From Octopus sinensis (taxonomy: Eukaryota), in assembly GCF_006345805.1 (NCBI RefSeq), contig NC_043009.1, positions 4,526,001-4,590,000 of the forward strand: a DNA stretch of 64,000 nt, given 5' to 3'. Each line of letters starts with the position of its first letter. Position 1 is the stretch's first letter. Below, in pieces: positions 26,822 to 41,643 of the stretch. The notes under the pieces were generated by a model that saw only the letters and a list, made by a program, of their open reading frames with translations, had not been told where the DNA came from and searched no databases. The position numbers and the translations under genes are program-made.

Positions 26822-26853
26822 GATATTCTAAAATGTGTTTGTGCATCATATGA
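26822..26853 (+). CDS. Candidate terminal coding exon, (G)YSKMCLCII* in phase 1 (or DILKCVCASYD* ending 26857 in phase 0)
   Basis: Strong acceptor ttttcagtttcaatccttctcttgtttgcag; all frames close within about 36 nt. Confidence 0.35.
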
Positions 26854-26900
26854 TTAGTAAAATCCGCGATAAAGACGTTATTAGCAATTGTGTGTGTATA

Positions 26901-26935
<35 letters not shown>

Positions 26936-27051
26936 TACATATGCATACATACTTATTCCACATCCTCGCGTTGTTGCGGTTTCTCTTTACGTTTTCATGT
27001 TTGGATTAACTACATATATACATACATACATATACATACATACATACATAC

Positions 27052-27095
<44 letters not shown>

Positions 27096-27213
27096 TACAC
27101 ACACACTCATAGACGCACACAAACTGAATTCCATATGAATATATATGCAGATACCCACACACACCCGCATACATACATACATACATACATACATACATAC
27201 ATACATACATACA

Positions 27214-27247
<34 letters not shown>

Positions 27248-28151
27248 CATACATTCATACCGTAATTTATTCTTGAGTAATGGCGATCGATTCGAGGAGA
27301 AAGAGCTTTACAGAAAAGACCATTTCTCTACTGTGTACAGTATTTCTCCAAGATGAAGAAATCCTGAAACATAGTTATGAACTTTTGAATAAAGATCTTT
27401 CCAACTGAAGAGAAAAACGCTTTAGTAGGCCAAACCTATTGCAAGTTTTGAATTCCTGGAATATGTTTATCTGTTTTAAGTGTAGAAACATTCTTTTGAA
27501 GTGATAGTTTTGCTTAAGTTTGCTGAACACCTTTAAGGAAAAGAATTCTTCAAGTATGTTTATCAGTTTTGAGAGAGAAAATATTCTGTCGAAGAGACAA
27601 TTCCTTCGAACTGGTGAACGCCTTAGAGGAAATAAATTCCTGGAATATAGTTGTTATTAGTTTTGTGTTAGTAGATGTGGAGTAGTGGAGAAAAGAGAGA
27701 AATGACGGAGATATGAGAGAGAGAGAAGGAAGGAGGAAGGTGTATGCGATAGAAGAGAGAACAGAGAAGAGAGTGTGGGGTAGGATTTCTTTCGATCTCA
27801 CTACAGTTTTAGAATACAATTAACGAAGAGTAATGAGTAATAGGGAGAGGGTATGCTGAGGGAGAGGCACACAAAAAAGTCTCCTTTACTCTTTTGCGTA
27901 TTTCAGCCTAAAGGCTGTGGCCATGCTGGGGCACCTGACGAAAATTGATGAATATATAATGATTGGAAGAAAGACAGGTTGGGAAGATAAGGAAAAAAGA
28001 AGAGAGATATGGTTATTTAGAGAGAAGATACAGAGATATAAAGAGTAAAGAGCTATTTTAGACAAACACAATGAATACGAAAAATAAAATAAAAGAAAAT
28101 ATATAAAATGAAAAACATTCTGTATACTATCACACGTTCATCGAAGCAGAC

Positions 28152-28232
<81 letters not shown>

Positions 28233-28340
28233 GCACTCAAATTCACATGTTGTGAATATATATAGAAAGCATGTGACTAATATATGACTATATATGTGTG
28301 TGTCTTTCTCGTTACAACACACACACACACACACAACGAT

Positions 28341-28386
<46 letters not shown>

Positions 28387-29056
28387 GGAGAGAAAGAGGA
28401 GAGAGAGAGTTCGAAAAACTGACAGACAGACAGATAGATGGTTGCATGCATAATGATTTGCAGACGTATATTTTAATGAAATGTACCTTTACGTAAATAT
28501 TTAAACTGCTTTATTTAGTAAGAACAACATAGCACACACACACACACACACATTATATGCATACACAATATCACGTATACGGACAATAAAATAACGACAG
28601 ACGAAGTGAAAAAGTGAGAGAGTGTCAAGTAGGTTAAGATGAAGCAGAGAGGGAAATCTGACCGTCTCCGTCCTAAAAGAACCAGAAGAAAATTAATAAA
28701 AGCATAGAATATCGATTCACTATTTTTGTTTTAAATTGTAGATAATCCAGGTTAATATTTGTGGGGTTTTGTGTTTGAAAATGGGTTCAGTGCATACCAG
28801 TATTATACTGGTGTGCATTTTATAAACATTTAAATTATAGGATTTCAACTGAGAGCAAGGAAGATGAAAATATTGTATGGAAAGTATAAAAATATGTTTA
28901 AACATCCGCCATATCTTTTCGTCCATTACAACACAAAACGTCACTGCTAGTCACACGTGATTACACGAATGTGTTTAAACAAAAGTATAAGATCTAAACG
29001 GACTGAAAAAGAATTCCTCGTAACCACAACTCATCCACAAATTTGAACACGAAGGA

Positions 29057-29099
<43 letters not shown>

Positions 29100-29525
29100 C
29101 ACACACACACGCATACACACACACACACACAATATACATGTATCTTATGTAGAGCATTTAAAGACATAGCCTTATAGTTTTTCTCTTTTCTCTTACCGTT
29201 ATAGAACGTTGCAAATATGAAACACATTTCTCTATTTATCTCAGTGTTTTCTCTTTTTCCACCCTCTCTCTCTCTTTCTCTGTCTCTGCTCCTCTTTCTA
29301 TCTATCTATCCATCTATGTATTTATCTACTTACACACACATACACAGACACATACACACACATATATACATGCATAAATACATACATACATACATACAAA
29401 TATATATATGCAAACACGCGTACATAAATGTGTGTTCGCTAGTTGCACCTATGCATTTGCATGTATATGCATTTTTGTGTTATAATGACAAGAGTTAACT
29501 CAAAACAGGGAATCAAAAAACAAAC

Positions 29526-29571
<46 letters not shown>

Positions 29572-30132
29572 CAAGCGATTTCATAATACATAATTCGCCA
29601 GCAAAAGCAAGCGAACGAGAGAGCGAGAGAGAGAGCGAGAGAGAGAGAGAGAGAGATGACAGAGATAGTATTTGCTTGTTCTCTATGTATGTTTGTGTGC
29701 ATATGTATCTGTGTACGTTAAAAAAAGGGGAAATGTGAGAGAGAAAGAGTGTGAGATGAGACAAATGTAATTTGTGTAAACTGTTCTTAAAACGAGATTT
29801 GTTCCGGGCATTCGTAAAAAAAAAAAACCAGAAAATGGCTGACTTTATCTTTTCTATATGAAATCCATTTTGTTTGGTGTGAACTACTCTTCTAAGATGA
29901 ATATTTAATGAGATTTGCTGAGCTTCTGATTAGATCTAGGTAATTATATACTCGCTCGTTCACTCACTCACTAATGCACACTCATACCTACACAGAATCG
30001 ACATACATTCGTAAACTCACACACATGCACTTGCTCATTCATCTCATGCTATATGATATATTATATATATTATATATATAGTATATATGTGTGGTGTGTG
30101 TGTGTATGTATATATGTATGTATTAAATGTAT

Positions 30133-30187
<55 letters not shown>

Positions 30188-30281
30188 ATATATATATTAT
30201 AGCATGTATATATATATATATATATATGTGTGTGGTGTGTATGTATATATGTATGTATATATATATATATACACACATAAT

Positions 30282-30312
<31 letters not shown>

Positions 30313-30383
30313 GATATTATATATACATACAATATTATACATCCGAACACACACACACATATATTATATATATATATATACAC

Positions 30384-30431
<48 letters not shown>

Positions 30432-30581
30432 TATATTTATATATATATATATATATATAGATGCATGGTCGAAATGCATATAGACATACACACGCATAAG
30501 CAGAACAAAACGCTGCTGTATATCTATTACATACATTATGCATTCCAGAAAGAGGAGAATTCAGCAAAATAGTATTGTATA

Positions 30582-30617
<36 letters not shown>

Positions 30618-31235
30618 TGTATATATGTATGTATGTATATAAGTATTTAACTACTTCATATGTACGCTCCTATTCTTCTCCACATTACGGAATGCATCAG
30701 TGACTCGCAAAAAAGCTTGTGTACGATGAATATAGATATATTGCAGTGCGATTTTTGCTTCCATCCATCGTGTTCTTACGGCCAACCATACACGCCAGAA
30801 CGAAATATCTCTCTAACAATTGTGCCAATTCGCCAATTCGGTGATATTGTCACTGTGGAACTGGGAAATCTTTGAAACTCGTCTAGAATTCACGCAGCAA
30901 AACTTTCGTTTTTGTTTATATTATAGATTTTATGATATTGCTACCCTCCTTTTTTTCTTTCTTATTTGTCCTTGTTCTTTTGTCGTGTTATGGGTACATC
31001 CTGCATATACAGTTTAATAATTTCAGGTGAAGTTCATACGATAAGCACTAAGGACATCGGTCAAAAAGTACGGTTTGCAGATATATTTCTCTAAACCTGC
31101 CATTTCTCCTGCTTACCAAAGTGTATACATTACAGTCCATGATACAATAGTTTATCGATCACAATGGTTAATTATTTTTGCAAATGGTTCACATTTGCGC
31201 ATGGTTCACCTTTATATTGCATCTTATTTTATATT

Positions 31236-31431
31236 GGTGCAGGAGTGGCTGTGTAGTAAGTAGCTTGCTTACCAACCACATGGTTACGGGTTCATTCCCA
31301 CTGTGTGGAACCATGGGCCAGTGTCTTCTACTATAGCCTCGGGTCGACCAAAGCCTTGTGAGTGTCTTTGGTAGACGGAATCTGAAAGAAGCTCGTAGTA
31401 TATATGTATATATATATGTATATATATATAT

Positions 31432-31513
<82 letters not shown>

Positions 31514-31702
31514 CATATGTTTGTGTGTGTGTGTGTTTGTTCCCCCAACATCGCTTGACAACAGATGGTGGTGTGTTTACGTCCCCGTAACTTAGCGATA
31601 GAATAAGTACTAGGCTTCCATAGAATAATTCCTGGGGGCGATTTGCTCGACTAAATGCGGTGCTCCAGCATGGTTGCAACCAAATAACTGAAAAAGTAAA
31701 AG
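31236..31702 (+). mobile_element. SINE family M, full length
   Basis: ggtgcaggagtggctgtg...gaagctcgtag, (TA)n(TG)n, ccccaacatcgcttgac...gcggtgctccagcatgg...actgaaaaagtaaaag. Confidence 0.9.
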
Positions 31703-33182
31703 TATATAAAAATATCGCCATGTAGCCTACTTTCCTAACACTGACAATGCGAATTTAAACAAAAGTTAAACAAATCGTGGTAGTGAGTATATGTTTATTT
31801 CATGCCCTCACATATTCATTTGTCTAAAAATTTGCTAAATAAGAAACAATTTTTTTAAAAAACGTTCCAAGACTACAGAGTCGGCTTTAGTACAACAGTT
31901 CAGTTTTTGCAGGCTACGTATTTAGTATTCTCGGTGTTGAAAAATTCTCTTTTTCCCATTGCAGCGAATGCCTATAGAATCTGACGGAGCGAATGCCTGT
32001 AGATCCTGACGGAGATGTGATATATCTAAAAATGGCTTCGAAGCGAGGAAACTTTTAAATACTCTAAAATTAGCAAAAACACATATTTTAAGGGGAGCGA
32101 ACTCAGTCGATCGAACAGATTACACTATTTCAGGAATTTATTTTATAGATCCTGAATAAACTGTGTAAATCAGAGGGGTTTTTGAAAGTAAATGTCCGTT
32201 GTATAGACTGAAATATATTGTCTATAGCTAATCTACGGCCTATGAACCTCCAGCAACTTTACGACTGGACAAATATGAAAGAATAGGCATCCGTTGTTGT
32301 TCTTGTTCTTGCTTTTACATTTCTGTTGCTGCTGTTGTTTAGATCTAAGTTAAACATGTTCGAGGAAATTTAAATTCAAACTACATTCCGTGCGTGACCG
32401 TTATGTTAGGTCACTTATTCAGATATAGTGCATCTGAGAGTACAACAGCCAATGTTTCAAGCCATTTTAAAGTTGATATAAGTGTAGCATGAAGGAGATT
32501 CGACCGCCAATTCTTTCACAAGAAGCGATCAAGCAGCAGGTCTCTTAGCTCTTACCGTATCTCAGTTTCTATCTGAGGGTAGGCATTCGACATTTTCAAG
32601 GCGGGAAACGTTAACTCAACTGATTATAGAGTATGCTACGTATAAACGAACTAGGGAGAAAAAGAAACTGGGAAGCAACAACAACAAAATCCAACAACAT
32701 TGACAATAACAAATTCAACGACATTCAGACACGAACGGAGAAACTCATGAGAAAAGATCATGTTATTTTTATTTATTTTGACACACCATATATAATATGC
32801 TTTCTCTTAATAATGCGTGACATAGATGGATGTATATTTTGGAAGTACATGTGTAAAATATATATGTTGGCATAAACGCCAACATGTGTGTGTGTGTGTG
32901 TATGTGTATTTGTGTATACGTGTGTTTGTGATCTTCTTTATTTTTGCCATTTATGCAATGAATGTTGTTCCTCTGTTAGTGTGCTTCTGTGCTAGGATCT
33001 GTAAATGCGTGCCTATGACTTCCCTTGACTCGAAAACACAGAATATACTAAATGTATGCAATTGACGAAGTTAGCTGTTGCGAGAGATGGAAATGTGTTT
33101 TGGAGATGATACAAGTACAGATGTACGATAAATGTGAGGGTGCGGAAGGTTATTTATCACGATGCAACCTTATTTGTTGAAC

Positions 33183-33557
33183 GGCTGTGTGGTAAGTAGC
33201 TTGCTTACCAAACACATGGTTCCGGGTTCAGTCCCACTGAGCGGCACCTTGAGCAAATGTCTTCTATTATAGCCTCGGGCCAACCAAAGCCTTGTGAGAA
33301 GATTTGGTAGACGGAAACTGAAAGAAGCCCGTCGTATATATATATATTTGTGTGTATGTGTTTGTCCCCCCAACATCGCTTGACAACCGATGCTGGTGTG
33401 TTTACGTCCCCGTCACTTAGCGGTTCGGCAAAAGAGATTGAAAGAATATATACTAGGCTTACAAAGAATAAGTCCTGGGGTCGATTTGCTCGCCTAAAGG
33501 TGGCGCTCCGGCATGGCCACAGTCAGCTGACTGAAACACGTATAAGAGTAAAAGAGT
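33183..33557 (+). mobile_element. SINE family M with short internal microsatellite
   Basis: Matches the family consensus across both halves. Confidence 0.9.
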
Positions 33558-34511
33558 AAGGGTTTTGCAACAGTACACCTCAAGTCTCATTTTAGCTCTA
33601 TGACCTCCGGGTTTGCTCCATCTAGTGTGACCTTATTTTGGAAATTACCATGTATGCTATGAAGGTCATTTAGCTGGTATTTCTAGCAGGTCGAGCTCCT
33701 TCATTGAATATTAAAAACAGCATGCATTTTCAATCCAAGCTGCAAGTCGATACTGCGAGTTTCCTGTTATCTATTTATTAATAGAGATTTCTGTTTCTAT
33801 ATCAGTAATAGATGTTGTTTCGGTGGGGGGAGGAGAAGGAAGAGGAAAATGGTGATGATGATGTTGTTGATGTTGGTAGTGTTTAATCACAGGTCAACGA
33901 TCTAGGAGTCTTATGTCCAAAAGTATTCTAGCCGTCTTCACCACATCCGTTTCCTATGTGCAATGAAAAGCCTAACACATCTTCTATTTCTCATAACAAC
34001 AGGCTGAGGTTTGAGGATGATTTCACTTCTATTTCTAACAGGTCACGCTACCACGCAGAGGCTTCATAGTTGGCTCACGTTAATTATATCTATGCTATTT
34101 ATTAAATTATTTATATATTTATTTTACTGCAGTAACGGCAGGTACATTGATATTATTATTCACAGCGTTTCATAGTAGTAGTCTAGAAGCAGCAGCAGTA
34201 GTAGCGGTAGCAGCAGTAGGGATAACATCATCAGCAGCAGCAGATGTAGCAGTATGAATGAGAAAGGTTGGGTGATGTGTCTGATATAGAAAAAAAGAAA
34301 AGGAAGGAAGAAGGAAAAATGAGAAGATAGGACCGTAACAGTTGAAATAAGTTTTGCTCGTAAGATTGCTCTGTCAGAGCCGACCTGGGGTTAAACACAA
34401 CTAACGATAATACCAGTAAATATCAGCGGAGGAACAAATAACATTACAAACCCTAGATATTGGATTATGCAGTTGCAGCGGCCGCATGTGCAGCAGTTGT
34501 TAACACATATA

Positions 34512-34626
34512 GCAGCAGTAGCAGCCGCAGCAGTAGCAGCCGCAGCAGTAGCAGCCGCAGCAGTAGCAGCCGCAGCAGTAGCAGCCGCAGCAGTAGCAGC
34601 CGCAGCAGTAGCAGCCGCAGCAGTAG
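34512..34626. repeat. Perfect 15-bp minisatellite (GCAGCAGTAGCAGCC) x about 7.6
   Basis: Units start at 34512, 34527, ... 34617. Confidence 0.95.
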
Positions 34627-35007
34627 TAGTAGTATGTATATTTTGAAAAGATGGAGATGTGTGTGTATATATATATATGCATGTATTTATATATACGTGC
34701 ATATGTGCGTGCGTGTATATGTAAATATTGATATATATACATATATATGTGTGTGTGTGTATTTGTGTGTGTGCGTGTGTATACGTAAATACATACTTAC
34801 GCATACATATACACACCCAACGACAGACACGCTTATGAAAACAGTTGAGATAATTTTGAAATTGTAATAAGGTAAATCCCTTGCTTACGTATTTATATTT
34901 ATACCTGGAGGATAACCGAGTTTCCACTGAAATATTCTCCCAAATCTCCTCAGTTTCCCTCTCACCCTCACTATGTCTTTCATGTGTGTATGTGTGTATA
35001 CATGTTA

Positions 35008-35050
<43 letters not shown>

Positions 35051-35313
35051 TATGTATGTATGTATATATGTATATATATATATATATACATACATATAAT
35101 GTAGTATGTATATATGTATATATATATATATATACATACATATATATGTTATATGTATATATATATATGTATGTATATATATATATATATAATATATATA
35201 TATATACATATATATATATGTATATACGTATGTATATATATGTATATATATATATATACATATATATGTATATATGTTGATATATAAATGTACAGTATAT
35301 ATGTATATAATTG

Positions 35314-35354
<41 letters not shown>

Positions 35355-35394
35355 CTACATATATATGTATATATGTTAATATAATTTACATATA

Positions 35395-35442
<48 letters not shown>

Positions 35443-35485
35443 GTACATATAAGATATATATCTATATAGATATATATATATATAT

Positions 35486-35522
<37 letters not shown>

Positions 35523-35621
35523 TATATATATGTATATAAAATAACATATACATATTTATGTGGTGTTTGTTGTCTGTGTATAGATACATATCTGTATGAA
35601 TGTATGTATTATAATTTCTAT

Positions 35622-35996
35622 CTCTTACTTGTTTCAGTCATTTGAGTGCGGCCATGCTGCTGCACTGCCTTAAAAAGTTTTAGTCGAATCAATCTCAGCA
35701 CCTTCTTTTAAACCCAATTCTTATTGTATTCCTTTGCCGAACCACTGAGTTGTCATGTGGCCAGTGGTGGGTGTACAAAAGCAGACACAAAAACACACAC
35801 ATATGCGTATATATATGTGCATATACACAATAGTTTTCTTTCAGTTTCCGTCTACATAATCCACTTATAGGGCTTATGTCAATCCGGGGCTATAGTAGAA
35901 GACTTTTACCCAAGATACCACTCACTGGAGCACTGGGACTGAAACCAGAAGCATACGGTTGAGAAGCAACCGTTCTATCACACCGCCACGCCTGCA
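35622..35996 (-). mobile_element. Old, diverged SINE family M copy
   Basis: Retains gtttcagtcatttgagtgcggccatgc, ttcagtttccgtctac and gctatagtagaagac. Confidence 0.75.
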
Positions 35997-36004
35997 CTTA
36001 CAAT

Positions 36005-36309
36005 TATTTTTATTTATGCGACCTTTTCAAGCCTAGCCGGGCTCACGGGCCCGGTTTCCCGGTTTCTGTGGCGTATGTGTTCCCCCCAGCCAGTCCATCG
36101 CAGCGTTACTCAAGAAACAGGAAGAAAGTTCGAGAGAAAGTTGGATCGAAAGACTACAACATAAGTCGCTACCGTTCTCTGTCGGAGCCTCGTGGAGCTT
36201 TTAGGTGTTTTCGCTCACTAAACACACACAACGCCCGGTCTGGGAATCGAAACCGCGATCCTCCGACCGCGAGTCCGCTGCCCTAACCACTGGGCCATTG
36301 CGTCTCCAC
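36005..36309 (-). mobile_element. SINE family R with perfect 11-bp TSD
   Basis: gcacttacaat at 35994-36004 and 36310-36320. A box TGGCCCAGTGG and B-box-like GTTTCGATTCC on the - strand. Confidence 0.92.
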
Positions 36310-37875
36310 GCACTTACAATACATATACCCAATACTTTAACTTCTAGCCGTTGTTCTTGTATAACATATCTTTCATATTAAAATAATGTTGAGTCAGACT
36401 TTTCATTCGTTCACACACTACGACCGCAGTCTAATATAGTTGTATCATTAGCCTTATTGTTGTTTTGATTTAGCCCTATCCAACCCTGTCAGTGAAGATC
36501 GAATTCTCTTTTGGGTTGTAGTGTATTTAGATGCCAACATCAAAAGCGTTCTCATGTTTTACCTTTTGAGCAAGTAGAATATGATTTGAGGGTGACAGTG
36601 TGCTTGCATTGGCCTCCCCTACTGGCTTGAATATAAAGGTTGTATATCGTACTGTAATGCATATTTCTTCCTCTTGTTTATGCTCAGCTCAGCTCAGTCA
36701 TTTTAGCTCTCACAATCTCATCATTATTTCCTATGTTCTGGCAATCCATGTTGCGAACACTCTGACCAAGTCTCCGATTTGAGAATAAAAATCTCTTTCT
36801 CTTAGCAATCTCTGAGTCTTTGAAAAGCATTATGGGTGTTGTCCATCTTCTTCCACCACACTGTTGTTATTGTTAGTAGAAGTGGTGGACATCCGTCGTT
36901 TCACCCACAAGTTTGGGTTGATCTGAGCCTATACAAAAATACATTTGCTTCAAGAAGACACACAGCCATATCAAACTGAAAGCTTCTTGGTTGCTTAGCA
37001 AAGTTTGTAACCATTTGGCCACACTCACTATATCAGAAGCAAAATAAAAAATTAATAACATAAAATAATAAAGAAAAATCTCTGTTGTGTTGTTCTTATA
37101 TCTACTGACAGCTGCTGTACTTTGCTTAAATACTATTTTAAATGTGTAAAGTGATGTTCATCCATCAATCCGTCACAAAACACATTAGCGATGCTGAGTA
37201 TAACAAGATAAGCGAGCAAAATTGATGTGGCAATTTCTTCAAACAAGACTAGAGATGTGGTTATGGTTCGACCCAGAGCTCTTACTGACCAAACAATTTT
37301 CATGTTGAAAAGTACACCCTTTTTTCTTCCGTTTTATATTTGTTGCTCTCCTTCTCTCCCTCTCTCGTTCACCCTGTCATTCTCCTATCCTCTCACTATC
37401 CCTCCTTTTCCTATCGTTGTCCTATTTCCCTCCCTGTCCGTCTTTCTTTCTTCCCTTTGCCACCAATCTACTCCTCTTTCATTCTTCATTCTTCTCAATT
37501 TCTTTTTAATTCTCTCACTTCTTCTCTCCCTCTTTCCCTCATTCATCACAGTCCCCCACCTCCCTCTTTCATCCTCACTATCCACACTTCTGCTTCTCTC
37601 CCACTCCCTCTCACCCTGCGTTTCCTGTCTATCATATTCTTACACTCTTTCTCATTCACTCTTCCCTCTCCTTGTTTCGCATAAATATTGATGAAAGCAG
37701 AAACTGAAGTAAATATTGAAGAAGAATAAGAGACAGAGGTAGGGCGAGGGAAGAGGGAAATACAAAGAGGGGGGGACAAGATAGATATAATTTAGCTTCT
37801 CTAACTCCCAATCTATCAGTTCCCCCTCTTTCTCTCTCCTTTCTATCTTTCTTTTCTCAGCATATATATATATAT

Positions 37876-38073
37876 GTGTTGTAAGTAGCTTGCTTACCAA
37901 CCACATTGATAACCGATGCTGGTGTGTTTACATCCACGTAAATTAGCGGTTCGGCAAAAGAGACCGAAATAATAAGTACTAGGCCTACAAAGAATAAGTC
38001 CTGGGGTCGATTTGCTCGACTAATGTGGTGCTCCATCATGACCACAGTCAAATTACTGAAACAAGTAAAAGAG
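37876..38073 (+). mobile_element. SINE family M with large internal deletion
   Basis: ttaccaaccacat joins directly to tgataaccgatgctgg at 37906/37907. Confidence 0.85.
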
Positions 38074-38635
38074 TATATATATAAAGAGTATATATATAGG
38101 TATGTTGATAGGAACATAGATATTGAAACAAATATATTGGGAGACGAAAGAAAAAAGAAGTACAGAGTGAGAGAGAGAGGGAGGGAAAGAGAGAGCTAGA
38201 GCGGATGTAGCTGAAGGGGGAACGACCAGAGAAGATGAGAATGCAAAGTAATTCTATATTCTCTAATTCTAAATCAAACCAAATTGCTGTTTCTTTGACT
38301 CTGCTGTTGTGGTTTTCCCCTGATTTCTAGTTCATATGGTTATTAATATCAGGAAGAATGCTGCTGAAGGTTGAGCTGTAACTGTCTGTCAATGATAACA
38401 GAACAGCTTTCGCTTTAAATACGATGCTGTTTGCACCTGCTTCAATAAATGTTGAACATTAAAAAAAAATTATAATCAGATATATTAAATATCTGCACAC
38501 ATCTTGAATTTTGATAAGCAGAGGCGGTGCGGCCAGCAATGATATCTTATATATACATGATTACTTGTATATCTTTATATGCACAAAACGAGCATACACA
38601 TACTTATAGATAGAGAGATAAATAAATCCCCACAC

Positions 38636-38679
<44 letters not shown>

Positions 38680-38745
38680 GGACACACATGCATATGTAAA
38701 AAAAGGTATGTTGTATGCATACACACGTTATTTTATTCTTTCCTT

Positions 38746-38990
38746 CTTTTACTTGCTTCGCTCACTAGACTGCCGCCATGCTGGGGCACCGCCTGGAAGA
38801 AATGTTTTAGTCGAATGAATCGATCCCAGTACTTCCTTTTGCCAAGTTTGCTATCTGTCTGTTGTCCCTTTGCCGGACCGCTAAGTTACGGGGACGTAAA
38901 CACACCAACACCAAGCGTTGGTGGAGGACAAACACAAACTCAAAAACACACACATCAACATATCTTTATCTATCTATCTATCTATCTATC

Positions 38991-39044
<54 letters not shown>

Positions 39045-39064
39045 ACATCTATCTATCCATCGAA

Positions 39065-39107
<43 letters not shown>

Positions 39108-39213
39108 ATATCTATCTATCTATCTATCTATCTATCTAATATATATATATAATATAATATATATATTTATATATATATACATATACATACATACACACAC
39201 ACGACGGGCTTCT
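38746..39213 (-). mobile_element. 5'-truncated SINE family M with expanded internal (TATC)n
   Basis: 3' half at 38746-38935, then about 250 bp of microsatellite, then acgacgggcttct. Confidence 0.75.
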
Positions 39214-40601
39214 AGTTACAGTTTGTGTACACATGCGTGCGTATAGCACATAATTTATACAAACTGTTTGACTTGCTATTATATGTCACTGAAAGATAGG
39301 TATAGGAAAGTGGAGGGGAGAGATAAGAAGATGGGACACGATAATTGATGAGACAGGGGCAAAATAAAGTAGATTTGTATGTATTTTACTGTCAGAATAT
39401 TTAAAATATATTTTAGATTGTAGACGAGATAACACGACGCTTGAAATTCAGGCAGATGGTCACGGATAGATTGCATTTGGTAGTATCATGTTATCAATTA
39501 GGATTCACCTGGCATAAGAGCTGAACTGGGCACCAGCAACAAGCCCAAGTACGACTATAGAATTGAAGGAAGAAGGGCTCTTATATTTAGTAGATTTTCG
39601 AAGATGCCTGTAGAGTTTTTCATTGCCCTCAAGTCAGTCGTAAACACACTGCAGCTTCTCTCGGACATGCATACTCTTCCTTTGCTTATTCTGCCGCGAA
39701 CTACAGCGGCTTATACTTTTCATATTTTAATTTTCTCATGCTGGGCTTCTCTCGACACCGGCAATTTTTTCATCCACTCAAGACACTGCACTTAACACTG
39801 AGTCAATAATTTCTCCCCCAGTTTGTCAACCCTCCAGGAATTCCTCCTCGGCACAATTTTTTTTTTCCTAATTTCATCGACAAGTTCTAGTTGAAGCGGA
39901 ACATTAACGTCATTGATCATACCAGTCACTGAAAATCTGCGATAACAATACGTACAGTCCGCTTCTCTATACAAAAAAATAACATAATAAAATAACCGAG
40001 CCAAGATCAATCTAAAAGATCTAATATACAAAAAATAAAAAAGCACAAGTGCACTATACTAATCTACTTACCTACATACCAGCCAACCAATCAACCAATG
40101 AACATGCTAACTTAGCTATAAATACAGGGAATCTCATCTAACATGTGACCAAGTCGTTTAACTTTCACTCTGAGAATAATTGCTAATAAATAAAATGCAT
40201 TATTGATAGAACGCAGAAAGATGTAAATATTTAATCAATGCGCAACAGCTGCATTCTCGTGCATTTCTATGCATTTCTATGCATTTCTGTGTATTCTTTT
40301 CACTCATTATATATATAAGCATGCTTGTGCTTGCATGCGTCAAGATGCAGCGATTCACGCAATAATGAATGCATTATTCTTCTTCGCTCGATTGCCGTCT
40401 TCTTAAATATTTCTAAATCAGCAGCGAAGGTTAATTGATAGGATTTCGGAAATGCATTTATGTCACAACATTACACACGGAGTAAAGCTGAAATTTCAAT
40501 ATCTAGATTCTTTTATCGACAATTTTATCTCTTTATTTTTAGCGATATTTTTTTTATTTATAGTCTCACGTGTCTCCTTATAGTCTCTCTTTGATTTTCA
40601 C

Positions 40602-40634
<33 letters not shown>

Positions 40635-40658
40635 TATCAATCAAACAATATGTGTGTG

Positions 40659-40696
<38 letters not shown>

Positions 40697-40789
40697 CGTG
40701 TGAACACAGGCATACTCTCATGAATATGTCTATACATATCTATGATTGTACGGGAAAAGTTCACGTGCCTCCTCCGAATATATGTATGC

Positions 40790-40820
<31 letters not shown>

Positions 40821-41004
40821 CACACATATATATATATATACATACAAACATACATATATATATACACACATACATATATATATATATAGATATAGATATA
40901 TATATATATATATACACAAACACACACACACATATATATATACATACATACAAACATACATATATATATATATATACATACATACATACATACATGCATA
41001 TATA

Positions 41005-41035
<31 letters not shown>

Positions 41036-41378
41036 CGAATATATTAGACACGCGCACACAGACACTTGTACTTGTGTATGTATGTACGATCATAATGTGT
41101 GTATGTACAGATCTTCATATGTATACGAAACATCTTGAGGCAATCATATAGCGCCGGCGCTCCCTTAGATATATTCCAATAATTATAATATCCATCTACG
41201 AGCAGTCTTTACCATTTGGCTCGTTGCCATGTCTAGTTAGTCTCGTACGATTACCTGAATCTCTGTATAGTCTATTCTTAAACTCTTTTTAATAGCCTAC
41301 TTTCATATACATAAATACTCATACACATGTACACGCACAGAAACACACACCATATATACGTGTATATATATGTATGTG

Positions 41379-41420
<42 letters not shown>

Positions 41421-41500
41421 TATCATATATCTATGAATATATATATATATATATTATAATATAAACGTGTATATATGTATATATATACGTATATATATAT

Positions 41501-41531
<31 letters not shown>

Positions 41532-41581
41532 GTATATACGTATATATAATATATAATATATTATATTATATATGTATTACG

Positions 41582-41643
<62 letters not shown>

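Noticed and set aside
27300-27820. Retroelement ORF remnants here and at 10450-10700, 36540-37020, 39480-40050 and 51440-51720
   Set aside because: Protein-like by eye but stop-ridden with no diagnostic RT/EN motif; needs BLASTX before any call.
28634-28672. EF-hand-like DGDGQISLSASS* after a strong - strand acceptor
   Set aside because: Lacks Glu at loop position 12, stops immediately, and has no partner exon.
16721-31814. 13-bp inverted match tatgtgagggcat (16721 and 31802) as TIRs of a 15-kb element
   Set aside because: The match does not extend, and 13-mers are expected by chance in a window this size.
36230-36309. tRNA gene
   Set aside because: The A/B boxes belong to a TSD-bounded SINE head; no complete cloverleaf or terminator.
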